The notes beneath the pieces are model-generated. The model made no database searches and was not told the DNA's origin. It was given only the letters and a program-made list of their open reading frames with translations. The position numbers and the translations under genes were made by a program. Shown here piece after piece: positions 50,648 through 64,000 of a stretch of DNA of 64,000 nucleotides. The stretch comes from Eledone cirrhosa (Eukaryota): positions 37,820,001-37,884,000 of the forward strand of contig OZ024742.1 in assembly GCA_964016885.1 (NCBI GenBank). The letters run 5' to 3'. Position 1 is the first letter of the stretch; the number at the start of each line of letters is the position of its first letter.

Positions 50648-53472
50648 GGGGGGGGAGTAGATAGAAGGTTTATACAATTACATTACTATTTTCATCATCT
50701 GATGTCACTTTCCATTATTTCCAATAAATAAATAAAGTCTATGGTATTTATCTCAAAATAGAAAACAATATTTGAGAGAGATAGTTTTGCCCCTGGAACC
50801 ACTTCGATTTTATGATACAAATCCGTTTATTTTGAAGTGTTTATATTTATCTTAAAATCTTCTATCATAATTTTATGTAAGAATCTCCATTAAGTTATGC
50901 CCCAAATATCAGCCTAATAATGAGAAAGTCATTTTACTAAATCCTTCAAAATTCTTGATTATTTTCAAAATTATTTGAAGATTCTTAGCAATATCTTTCA
51001 TTAGAAATATGGTAGTGTAAAGGTTAACTAAATATGACAGCGATCCCCACCACTGTCTTTCTTTTATTATTATTATTTTTTTTTTTTTTTTTAAATTGAT
51101 AGTAACTGACGATTTTTTTTCATTTGAATAGCAATTGAAGGATTTTTTCACTTGGATAGCATTTTGGGCAAAGTTTACAAAGAAGAAGCCAATAAGAGAG
51201 TTCATCATTAAAAAAGTTAATGAAATATTGAAAGGAGTTGAATGAGCCTCACAAACTCTGAATTCAAGGAAAATCTTACAGTCAAGGTTGAACCTCATTG
51301 AGCAGGAAAAAAATATTTTTTTTGTTTTAAAGATTTCAAATCAACTGGAGACATTTGATGTTAAAAAATAAGACTTAGTGACAAGAATATTACAGTGGAT
51401 TCACAGAAATCATTAAAACATTTAAATGACTGTTTTTCTTTTATTTTAACTTAAAATTAATGTTGTTAAAGACATTCGTGCCCAAGAAGGCCTTAGAAAA
51501 AGCACATTACTTTCTAAGTCTCTTTGTTGTCAATAATTATATTTCGAAAAAATAAAAATGAAGTGCAGCTGTCTTTTGCTAGAATGAGACAAAGCTATTT
51601 TATTTTGTTACATAATTTTATGGTGAACAAAAAGATGACATTAAAATCAATTACATTTATAATTTTAAAAAATCTCTTAGAATTTCAATGTTGTGAAAGA
51701 AGTTTCAATGACACTAAAGAAAGTTATAGCATCCATTTTATGTTAGGATAAAATCCTTGAAGTAACAGAAAATTGCTCATTTTATTTTTGTCTCTCACTA
51801 TAAATATCTAATCTATATAATAGCTGTTGTGTGATGGTCCTTTGGTTGGTCCATTTGTCACAATTCACAAGACAGAGTAAGAGAGAAAGTGAGGAGAAGG
51901 ATTAAAACATGGGATGGAGAAGGAGTTGTGCTGAGCAACAGAGAAAGGGCAAGAGAGAAGGGCATGTCACTAGAGAAATGAGTTAATGTTCACAGAGAAG
52001 AAAAGAAAAAAAGATGTTATACAGATGCATGATCAAACGCTAAAATACACAAGTCATTTGCTAAGACAAGCTAAAAATAAACACATTTTTGTAAATTTCA
52101 ACATACCTATGTACATAATGCTCTAACTATGGAGCAAAGTCAAAAACAATATTTTATACACAAAACATTTATATTATCGGTAAGATAATATTTGACTGAT
52201 AAACTATGGAACAAAATTGGATACATAATCTATAACAGATATAATATTATTCATTTTATTTGTAAAATATTGACTGTGAAATAAACATTCTAAAATTAAG
52301 TGTGATACACATAAACACTTACACACATTAATGATATATTTTTTTATAATTCATAACTCAGTGGGGCAGTTATTGAACTTCATTCACAGGAATTGTGGAG
52401 TTCAGTTCTGTTATATGCATTATTCTCTGATATGAAAATATCACAATTTTTAGAATAGGTACCCTATATCCCTGCATGTTGTAAGAGGAGACTAAAAAGG
52501 TTAGCATCAGAAAGTGCATCTGGCTGTAAAACATTGTCTCAAAACAACCCTTCCAACCCATGCCAGCATGGAAACGTAGATGTAAAAATGATGACACTGA
52601 TGATGTAGTACAGGGTAGTAAGATTTGTTAGGGTAGTAATATTTGTTAAGGCACTACCAACATAATCCTACAAGTAGCAGAATAATATAGAGGAATTATA
52701 TCTTCAATTTCATTCCATAAGTAAGATAGTTTAAAACATTTGCCATATACATAATATCTTCAACATATTTTCAATGATTTTAATAACATAGTCACAATAA
52801 AAAAAAAATTAAAAATGAACAAGTATTTTTTTCATGGACTATTGTTTGTAACGCTTTGTAGAGCACGTTTACTTATTGATGTAAAGATAAAAATAGATTA
52901 TAATCCTTGAGGTAGAAGAGTCCACAAAGAATATATTTTTCAAAAATGTTCTCTCAAGATTGTACATTCTGAGTACTACCTATGTAGATTCACACCATCT
53001 GAAGATCTAAACAATTCAGAAAAAATACAATTTACAATGAAATTATGTATTTTATGGTTCTCGATAAACTTCCAACAATCTTATTTTCAAAATAACTATG
53101 GACATTGCTAGTATAAGAGTATTTTATTACATATGCTGAGTATAGAAATGTCTACATTTTTACCATTATCCATATGAATAATATTTATTTACAAAAATTA
53201 ATTTCTTACACAGACAATGTTATAGATTCTATAAAAATTCTATCAGGGCTGAAGTTGTTTCATTAACACAAGAGAGGTGAAAGACAAAGCCAACCTCAAC
53301 AAGATTTGAACATATAATTAAAAGCAAACAAAATAAATATTGTAATGTATTTCATTTGTCAGTCATTTACACTACTCTGTTTAACTAAATTATCTTCAAT
53401 TTATTTGACAACTGAATAGTTAAGATTTGATTATAATGGTCTTTATAGGACAACAGATCAGATGTTACTATA

Positions 53473-53582
<110 letters not shown>

Positions 53583-53742
53583 AAATCATATAGTAAAGTG
53601 ATAGGAAAACAGAAATTTTTAAATGTATAAACATTTTTGCTGAGTAAAAGACATTGCAATAAATGCAGTAAACTACAGAAAATACTTACAATATTGGGTT
53701 ACAATATCAATAATGTTCAATACATTATGAAAATGGTTGATA

Positions 53743-53775
53743 ACTTACCTGAAAAGAAAAGAGAAAAAGAGAATA
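53743..53775 (-). promoter_or_regulatory. Candidate recursive splice site (ratchet point, zero-length exon) in the long liprin-beta intron
   Basis: Minus strand reads attctctttttctcttttcttttcAG|GTAAGT: a long polypyrimidine tract and CAG directly followed by a perfect donor, on the same strand as the liprin-beta exon. Confidence 0.6.
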
Positions 53776-56139
53776 TAGAATTTAAATTATACATATATAT
53801 ATGAAGCTAATTAAAATAAAAAGTAACAGTGTTATGTAATTTGATCTTATTCTTGCTACAGGTAGGTGTTATTTCACCATTTTTCTATCTCTTTTAAATT
53901 ATTTTTAAATTATTATGCTAGGGTTAGAGATAATGAATGTTTATCTAATGTGAGATGAAGAAGCTACCTGATACAGCCCCTGGTTCTGAAATACAGATAC
54001 TTTTATTGACATTAGTAAAACATTCTTAGGAAATACAAAACAGCACTATGATTGTATCAATTAAAAAATAAAGGCCTTTATTTTAGTTTATTGCAAATTT
54101 TCACAACAATCTGTCAGCCAGAACATTTGAAATAACAAACCCGCTTTTAAATATTTTCTGTTAAAACTCTCTCTCATAATTCTAACTTTTTGTTAAGTTA
54201 TGCTGTAACTAAAGCCATTTTACTAAATTCCTCGAAATTCTCGATTATTTTCAGAATTAATTGAAACACACTTGCAGTACAAGCAGGCGCAAAAAGTTGC
54301 AGCAGAGATAAAGAGCTCTAAAATATTGTCATGATTTTGATTTCCGATATAGGAAATACACTCACAAATAGCAGACTATTAGTAAATGCCTGAAGTAGAT
54401 AGAGTACATTAAAGAGGTTCAGCTGCAGTTTTATAGATGAGATTTTATATCAACCAACTATCATACTGCATTAAGATGGCACACTTTTATGTATTGGTTC
54501 TAAATAACATAAGTTGATTTAAGACTTATAATAATAATACTGATAAATAAATTAAACAGCATGCTGATTCACAAAACTGAAGGCTAGGTTAAATCACTTT
54601 TCAGTTACAACTATCAAATGTAGCATCTCATATTGCTTCTTACACTAGCAAAGAAAATGTATCATCATCACCATGGTTATGAAAATGCATTTCTATGATT
54701 TATTCGCAACTTCTTTCTATACAAAAGCAAACGTGGCAACAACAGTAATGCTATTTAAAGTTAGGCTACACACAAACATATCATCATCATTTTTCCTTGC
54801 AATAAGCATTTTAAGGCTATTTCCCCTGCTAAAATATATATATATATATATATTTTTTGGGGGGGGTTCTCCATTTTGACCTATCATCTGCATCCCCTCT
54901 TACCAACACCTTTCATTTCCTCCTTCATTATCTTTAGCCATATATTGCCACTACTACCTTCTAAATTTATTTCCATCACTCCTTTCACCTAGACACTGTC
55001 ATCCTTCCTCAACACATGACCCAACCATCTCATTCCATTTCTCTTCACAACATTCATCATTGATTCTAAAGGTTTATACTTTTAGTGAATATGGCTTAAA
55101 TTACCCTGCAGTGACTGACTTCAAACTACATAATTAATTGTCCAGCTAACACAGGGTGATATAACCCACTGGTGGATGATTTCAGCTGTTGGGTGGGCAA
55201 TGAGCAACTGAACAGAAAATGGTGGGGAATTGGAAATTTTGGTGGACAATATAGGATTTTCAGTATTAAAGAAGGTATTTCAACATATGCAACCCAAAAA
55301 GAAAAAATATTCAAAGAAGATATGCAAAGCACCTGTATAATAAAAAAATTAGGTTAATGGGAATATATGTGTCTGTGTTTTTGTCTAATAATTTATTGGT
55401 TCAACAAAAAAAAAAGATATCTATAAAATAAGTACTGAAGTTGATATGATTGACTAAGTCAATGTAGTGCCCCAGCATGGCCACAGTTTAAGAACTAAAA
55501 CAAAGTTAATTATATCAAACCCAGTATTTGATTGGTAAATTATGTTATCAACCCCAGAATCATGAGGCAAAATTGATCTTGGCAGTATTTGAATTCAAAA
55601 CATAAAGTGTCAGAACAAAATACAGCAATACATTTTATCCAACTCTCTACTCTTTCTGGCCATATTAACAAAAATTTGTCATAGTTATTTAAATAAGTCA
55701 GATGACAATATAGCCAATGTAGGTTTTGTATAAATAGAATACCAGGTAAGTGAGTCATCTAGCTGGCTTGACATGCATGAACATTTTTTTTTTTTACAAC
55801 AGGTACACTAGACATAATTGTTATCTATATAATCCTACAATTTAACAAAACAGATAACTAACCGTCTAACCAATGCTAGCGTGGAAGATGGACGTTAAAC
55901 GAAGATGATGATGATGCTGATGAAGTGGGTGGTAACTGTTTTATTTTTTAATCAGAAATTGAATTATAAGTATTTTTGTTATATCAAACATTTAGTAAGA
56001 AAAAAATCTTAATTACTCAGTAAATAAAAACAAATTAAATAAAGAGATGACTAATTATTAAAATTTAGCTTGCTAAATCAAGAACACTTGTATTAACTAA
56101 GGCACTCAACTATGTCTGGTATAAGAACCTCCAGTGGAT

Positions 56140-56465
56140 ACAGCATGGCCGAATGGTTAAGGAGCTCACTTCACAATTATTATGTCTTGAGTTTGATCCC
56201 ACTATGCAGCATCTTGAACAAGTGTCATTTATCATAGCCTCAGATTGATCCATGCCTTGTGAGTAAAATTGAGTAGGAAAAAAATTGTTTTGGATGCTCA
56301 TCAGATAGACTGTATCTGTAATTCAAAGGGCCAGCTTTGCCATACACTATGTCATGCTGAATCTCCCTGGGAATTAAAGGTACAGGTATCTCTGGAGTGC
56401 TCAGCCACTTACATATTAATTCCATAAGCAGGCTGCATCATTGATCAAATAACTGGAACACTTAT
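56140..56465 (+). mobile_element. tRNA-derived CORE-like SINE
   Basis: A-box TGGCCGAATGG, B-box GAGTTTGATCCC, then CTTGAACAAGTG and GCCTTGTGAGT. Related copies at about 110-265 (-), 11110-11260 (-), 58570-58850 (+) and 62150-62465 (-). Confidence 0.75.
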
Positions 56466-59400
56466 CTATTAGTGATGTTGCTCATTTTGGGGTGACATTT
56501 TCATTTCATTTAGAAGTTTTCATTTTCATTTCATTGAATTAGAAGTTTTCTGTTAAATTGTTCTATGGCACATTCTATCAATTTTGGTGAACCTCAAGTT
56601 TTGATTTGTCTCCTTAACCACAGATACAAAAAAATATTTCAGCTCTGATAAGTTGGCAACTCAAATACTGGGTTGATACTGCAGTCAAAGACACAAAAAC
56701 ATCTTAGACTATGTCTTAAAATTTTTGGGAAAATATGGGTAAAAAGAGATTTTCAGTAGGCTACATCAATTCTGGGAAAAATTTTGTGTGTGTGTGGCAA
56801 GGGGTGGGGGTAAGAATATGAGAAAGTAAAAAGGAGTGAATAGAATGGCTGAGACCAAGTTAGGCAATGAAGTAAATTGAATTGAAAGGATATACATATA
56901 GCTTTTGACCATCTTGGTCCTCTCTCTAAAGCTTTCTCTATTCAATATAAAATAATTATGAATAAACACATTGTGAAAATATAGGAAAACTGAGATGACG
57001 TGTCCACAAAAAAATGTTTGTAAAATGTAACCAATCTGAAGGTATGACATTTCAATTGTTTATAATTTTAACTAGTTTTCAATTATATAAGGAGGTTATT
57101 CAAAGAGATCCTATTTTTAACTCACCATCTTCCATAGAGATTTATTATAGCCAGTCTTAAACAGGTACGAATGAGCAACTTTCTTCGACATAGAAATGAA
57201 AATATGTTAGCCATTATTGAATTTTCAAGATTTTGAACCTCATAAAAGAAATGACAAAGGACCACAACAAATTGTGGGCTGCTGTACTAGAGAAGACCCA
57301 TACAGCCCATGCAAATATGGAAAAAACAAATTGATACCATAACTTCTAATGGAATCATAGGGACACCTTTGTGACAGTGTGTTTTGGCCATTTAAAACCT
57401 GGTGGTTCCCATTCCTCTCCACATTTAACCACAGTCAATTTTTTTCCAGAGATTGAGAACACAAAAGAAGAATAATTGCCCCAGTACTTAATTGGTACTT
57501 TGTTTATCAAACCTGAAAAGATGAAAGGCAAAGATGACCTCAGCAGGATTTGAACTCAGAGCACAGAGATTTGGAATGAATACTGCAAAGCATTCATTTG
57601 ACACCCTAATGATGAAACAATGATATGGAAATAAATTGTTAATGAAAAAAATAAAAATAAATAAAGTAGAATCTGTCAGAAAATAAATATATTAACTTAA
57701 TGTCAAATGCAATGTAAATAAACATTTTTAAAAATTAGATCTCAAAACCAGTAATAAATTTTACAGAACATCACAGGCACTTTTTAAAAACAAGATTAAT
57801 AAGATATTTATCTAACTTATCAAAAAGCAAATTTTGATCCAACTCTAGTAGGTCAACAACCCTTTTTCCCTCTTCAAGTGGCTGGAAATAGTGTTTTATT
57901 CTATACAAACCACTGCATTTCTTTCATGATCCAAGTTTAATAGATGTGAACATCTGAACACGAAATAGCACATAATAAATGGATTAAATTAAACTTTGGT
58001 TTCTAGAACCAAGAATAGTCAACCTTTTGATTTGATACCTGAAACTACCATTGGTTGTATGAAATAAAACTGCCAGTTTTAAAGAGTTTATATGTATCCA
58101 ATAAAAACCTTCCAACATAATTTTATGTGAAACTTTTTGTTAAGCTATGCTCCAAACACCAGATTAATAATAAAAAAAGCTATATTTTACTAAATCTTCC
58201 CAAATTCTTGATTATTTTCAGTTATTTGAACATCATAGGCAATGTTTTTCACTAGAAATATAGCAACACACAGGTTAATTTAGAAGTGGTGAAGTTAAAT
58301 ATTTCTGTTATTTATGTGTATTCTGAAAAATTATGCAGGCCTAAAAACTCCACTGAACAATGATACAATTAAAAAAAGGTTGTATATATCTGTGTGCACA
58401 TGTACACATATATGTATATATGCATGTATGTCTGTAACCATGAAAAAGGAAGTTTGGTTAAATAGTAAGGATACTGAAATAAATCTTCTGGATATGGAAT
58501 GAAGCAGTTTAGATAGGGAGAAGGAAGATTTTTTGCTTGTTCAATTTAGTGATATTTTTGTTACTTTGTACACAGCTTGACTGAAGGGTAAAAAAGTTTG
58601 CTTCACAATCATAAGGTCCTAGATTGATCACACAAACTGGCATCTTGGGAAAGTGTATTTTACCATAGCCTCATGTTGACCCATGCCTTGTAAGTAAAAT
58701 TAGATAGATAGAAAATGTTTGGAAGCATGTCAGCTGGTGTGTACCTGTAATTCTAAGGGCCAACCTTGTCACATGCTATGTCACACTGAATCTCCCAGAG
58801 AATTATGTCAAGGGTACACATGTCAGTGGAATGCTCAACAAATTGGCACTACTAAGCTATTTAGATGCTTATATAATTCTATGTAAGAACCTCTGTCAAG
58901 TTATGCTCCAAATACTAAATTAATAAAGAAATCAAAATGATTTAAAAATCATAAGCAGCATATTTTGTTAGAAATATGATAAAAAAAAGGGTTAATGATA
59001 TATAAATGGAATCAGGTGGGGAAAGCAGAACTAAAGAAATATGTTGGTTCTTCGATACTATCATTTTTCCGCCTTACATTCCTTAATCTGACAACTAACC
59101 TATCGACACAATAGCTTGTGAAGTCAATCAAAAGAAATTAGTTTTTCTCTGCCAAGTTACAATAGCAGCTTACTCTGCACTCCATCAGTTATCAAAATTA
59201 AATCATTCACAGAGTATAATTCAGACATTTGGGAAACTTTCCTATCTTTTTCAATGAGAATATTGGACAAAATCCAAATAAAACCTGCCCACTTCAGGAC
59301 CTTACTCTTGGTAAAAATATCAACATACATATTTTCAACAACTACCAAGAGGAACTTGCCTTTGGCATTCTATTTTTATACAATGTAGTTTTTAAAAATG

Positions 59401-61726
59401 GAGCTATCATGTTAACTATAGAAATATATTTATCAACAATACAATCTTACAAAACAATTTTTTTTTCTTTAAATCTTCCATGTAGAACATGATTCCTGCA
59501 AAAATTATTAATTGGCAATATGCTCAGATTTGATATAACATTTTCATCATCATCCTTTTACATCTGTTTTTCCATGCTAAAAGTTAGTAATTAATCAGGG
59601 TTACTGTCCTCCTAGATGGGCCATAGGTTACAAATTGCTTACATACATCCCAGTAACTGGATGCCCTTTTTATTACCAACCACTTTATAGTGTAGTTGGT
59701 GCATTTTATTGTGCCACTAACACTAGGAGGGCTGTTGTGGTTTCTCCAGTTGGATGCCCCTCCTAATGTTGACCCCTTTGCAAAGTGTACTGGGTACATT
59801 ATTCCTTATCAGAGTAAAATAAATGTCACTTTTTAAGCCATCATGACTAACAGATTCATTCACACTGTTTATCTCTTTGCTCTATTGTTTAAGAGAAAAG
59901 AGGGATAAATCTGAAGAGAAAGTTGGCCTACTATAATTGAACTTTCCAGAATAACTGGTGATTATTTTCCAATAACAAAAAAAATTAACCAGTCAACACA
60001 ACAATATTTGTAGTGCAACGTGCATGCACAATGAACAATGTAACATTTCATATCAACACCTCATCCATTTGGTAATAGGATTTCTCAACTATTGTTCACA
60101 GTAAGCAACTATATTATAATAATTTTTGCATTGGGACACTCACAGTTTACATTCTGTAAAGTCAGTAGCCCAGAGTTCTACTATTTATGCCAATTCTTTT
60201 TACAGTAACAGTTTCTAACATAGGTATAAAGTTAGAAATCTATAGTCCATTAACCACCCACGTACATGAAAAATAATTATTTTACTGACTCAAGAGGAAT
60301 GAAAGATAAAATCTATTCTGGTGGGATTTGAACTCTACATATATAAGGATGAATCTAAGTGAAGTCTACTATTTCTGTTACTTCACTCTTAATAATAATA
60401 TAGTTTTCTAATATAGGCATTTTGAAGGAAAGGGAAAGTTGATTATCTCTTATGTACCACATGAAACTGATTAAGCAAGACAGTTTTAAAAAGTATAAAA
60501 CAATACTATGATTGCATCACATTAAAAATTAGTCTTTAATCTAATAGTACAATTTTTCTCAACAATCTGTCTACTAGTAAATATCATGCTAACAAACATG
60601 AATTAACAAACCCATTTTTGGATATTTTCTGCTAAAAATTAAATCAAGACCAATACTTGACAGGTACTTATTTTACTGACAGTACAAGGATGAAAGGCAA
60701 ACTCAGACCATAAATGGATATCTATTTCTGCCATCTACCACCTTAATAATAATATAGAGTTTTTCAAGCTATCTGTATTCTATCACAAATGTTATATCCT
60801 GTTGTAAAACCAAGAGTGGAATTAAATTATAATGAAAAATGTCTGTTAAAGACAAGGGAATCTGATGAATGAACCATATCTAGGTTAGATGAAGGAAAAA
60901 TAAAATATATCACTCTTCCACCCAAGTTCCAGCTAGGAAATACTTCTACCAAAACAGAAAAACCATAAGAGAATTATCATTACACAAAGCTAACATATTT
61001 ACACAGCTCTGCTTCATTCTGTTATTTTAACTAATCCATCACCTCCCACTAATCAAGATACCAAACTTTGAAGATTTTTATTTGGTGGAATGCAGACATT
61101 TAAACAGAAATAGCTTTCTTCTTTTTTGTGTGTTAATAGCAACAACCTGGCTAGCTGAAGATCACAATCTGATAAAGTACTGGTCACTCTCAAATAGGTT
61201 TATTGTAGAATCCATCTGATAGTGGAAATATCTGACATCTTGGGTTTTCAAACCACATCCCTGCTTACTGTGATCAGAATAGAGATGGCCATCCACAAGA
61301 ATGAACACTACAAGTATATTTCCTTCAGTGTATCTCCTTCACTATCCATTGCCATTCCATTGATCGGGACTATGAAGCAACATTTATCTGATGTTTTGTA
61401 GAAGACATGAGAGTGAGGACAGAGTGAATAACTAACTACTAGGTGTTTTATGACTCATAATGTATGTTCATTAGCTGTTTTAAATCTCAGATGTAATTTT
61501 GTAATGTTAATAATTAGTTTTTAGTTGATCAAACTATTGTGGTGCTGGCCTTGGAAAAGTTTTGGAGTTTGGAGGGTTACCATAAGCAGGATTAGCAATA
61601 ATTGTTCTAATAAAATAAAAATGAAATACATCAGCTAATTCTAGTAAGTTCATTTATTGAAGAGACATTGTAAACATTTAACACTGTTAGCTTCACCCAA
61701 CTGAATCATTAGCACATGACAATGAT

Positions 61727-61945
61727 TTAACTCTTAACATCCTGTGATGATTTTGTAGAAACTGTCTTAAAAAACAGGTTTGTTAATTCAAATTTTTATA
61801 GTATCATTGACAGAATGTTGTGAAAATCAGTGATATTAGAATAAAGATTTTAATTTCTAATGTGATGCAGACATAGTGATATTTTGTACTGTTAAAGAAT
61901 GTCTTGCTAACACGGTTTTATGAAGTATAGGACATTAAGGGTTAA
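61727..61945. mobile_element. TTAA-flanked MITE family 3
   Basis: TTAACTCTTAACATCC...GGACATTAAGGGTTAA terminal inverted repeats. Partial copies at about 9979-10162, 25227-25340, 54000-54160 and 60470-60630. Confidence 0.65.
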
Positions 61946-62861
61946 TACTTATGTATATGCAAATATAAATCTTGAAATATGTTATATAAGATTGAGCATT
62001 AAGTGCTATATGTTAAATAGACTAAGCAGAAAATAAATGCACTGTTGGGGGGCAAACAACTAAATTTATAAAGTATTTTCCAAATAAAATAACAGAGCCT
62101 TTCTAACAGCAAAACATCAAAGGAATGTGATAACAACATAGAATAATGATAAATATAATTATCAAGGTGAAGTTATATGAGTGTGACAATGTGTTCCAGT
62201 TGTTTGGTGAACAGATATGCATGTCGTTAACACAATTCACGGGGAAATTTAGCATGACACCCTGTGTGACAAGGTTAGTCATTTGGATTACAGCTACAGA
62301 CCATCTGATAGACTTCCAAACAATTTCTATGAACCCAATTTCATTCATAAGCCTTTAGTCCTATCAAGAATATGATAAATAACACTTGCCCAAGATGACA
62401 CCCATTGAGATCAAACCTGGAATCTTATGATAGCAAAGCAAACTTTTTCAACCATTTGGCTGCACTGCATCCACTATATAAGTGTATTTAATTAATTAGG
62501 GTCTACAAAAGTTTACATATATGTATGAAGTTTAAATGCCCCCCCCCCCCCCCCCTCCTCCACAGAAATCTTCTTTTACAATAATGATCTGTCTGCCTGA
62601 AACATCATCATTGTAAATATTTCTAGTTAACTATTTTATACTCCAGGCATTAGATATGTTAACACTAGTTTAAAACTATAGTTGTTCATGCTGGTGGTAT
62701 CTTTAATACTTTCAGTACTAAACTAACTGAAATTACCCCCTTGTTCAACTGTACTAGGCTGTTAATTTGAAATAAAGTGTTTATATTTATCTAAAAATAA
62801 AAAAAGCCTCCATCATAGTTTTATTTAAGAATGTGTATGCTCCAAACACCAGTTTAATAAT

Positions 62862-63044
62862 TGTTTCTATTTTTGGCACAAGGCCAGCAATTACCCAGTG
62901 TATTACTGGTACTTTATTTTATCGACCCCGTAAGGATGAAAGACAAAGTTAACCTCGGCAGAATTTGAACTCAGAATGGCAAGGGCCATAACTCTATGTG
63001 TCAAAGCATGGCGTCCGACCCTCTACCGATACTGCCAATCCACC
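62862..63044 (-). mobile_element. Same SINE family, nested in a TTAA MITE
   Basis: Near-identical to 1059-1238 and flanked by taataat on both sides. Confidence 0.85.
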
Positions 63045-64000
63045 TAATAATCATAATGTTACACTACTAAAAGATCATTTTTCAGAATTATTTGAAAATC
63101 ATAAGGAAAATACTTTCATTAGAAATATGATAATGAAAGGGTTACATTATTTAGTTATAAAAGAAGCAGTTACATTTTGGTCTTTAAGAGAAATGAAAAT
63201 AAATTAGGGGAGAGAGATCAATGTTTGTGTATGAGAGAGAGTATGAAGAACTTTTTTTTAAAATCACATTACTTCTAAGTAATAATGTAATCAACAGAAA
63301 ACCAAATAGTTTTGCCATATTACATAAATGCTATAAGGATTGGACAAACTTTTTTTTAAGGTAGAGTCTATAAATATTCACACAGCATTAAGTATGCAGT
63401 TACTGATTACCCAATTACAGTCTATTAATCCTTTTAATAACTGCTTGTTTTAAATTGTTCATACTTATCTATAAACCTTGCATCATAATTCAATATAAGA
63501 ACCTTTGTTATACTCTAAACACCAACATAATAATGAGAAAGTTAGTTATATAATCAAATTCTTTCAAATTTTTCATTATTTTCAAAATCATTTGAACATT
63601 ATAAGCATTGTCTTTCACTAGAAATATGGTAACAAAATGGTTAAATCAATGGAATGAAAGAAATATAATTCATATATTTCCTATTTCTCATATCATGAAT
63701 GAGTGTGCATGTCTGTGTCTAAAATAAAATACTACAACCAAATCATTACAAAATGATTTTCAATTGAAATAGGTTGTAAAAGAATTGAGAATATTTTAAA
63801 GTATTTCAAGTATAGTGTATTAAGAGATTGAAAATACCACCTATTAAATCAATTCATTTGTAACAAAGTGAGCACACAATGGAATTTATTTTTATTTTAA
63901 TAAAACATTTCTGAATATATGCAACTTAATATCTATTATAAAAGTCAACAGCTTTTTTAAAATATTCAATATGTTGAAAAGACTTATGAGAAAGATAAGC

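Noticed and set aside
53845-53868. Plus-strand TTCTTGCTACAG|GTAGGT as another ratchet point
   Set aside because: It is on the wrong strand for the only identified gene and has a weaker pyrimidine tract and donor.
59157-59492. Overlapping short ORFs in non-repetitive DNA
   Set aside because: No recognisable domain and no convincing paired splice sites.
60856-60920. CTGATGA followed by a short stem, a possible third hammerhead
   Set aside because: GAAG replaces GAAA after the stem, and no helix I/III register places an NUH triplet correctly.

Overview
Eukaryotic, AT-rich, repeat-dense animal DNA. The SINE/RTE repertoire and (CAT)n-tailed elements suggest an octopod cephalopod; this is an inference. 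The only recognisable host coding sequence is one 132-nt minus-strand exon of a liprin-beta (PPFIBP-like) gene at 3326-3457. No other liprin-beta exon was recognised, so most of the window is probably one very long intron, which contains a consensus recursive-splicing (AG|GTAAGT) site at 53749/53748. The long ORFs are all non-LTR retrotransposon pieces: three RTE-clade families carrying a PHD-type zinc finger inside the RT region, one CR1-type copy and two decayed CRE-like copies. There are also many tRNA-derived SINEs, TTAA-flanked MITEs, a Helitron-like element and minisatellites. The most notable find is a non-coding 1.45-kb element at 49096-50541 bounded by 170-bp direct repeats. Each repeat contains a type I hammerhead ribozyme motif, as in retrozymes or non-autonomous Penelope-like elements, predicting a 1276-nt monomer. 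Several RTE insertion junctions also show perfect inverted duplications. All calls were made by eye, without database searches.
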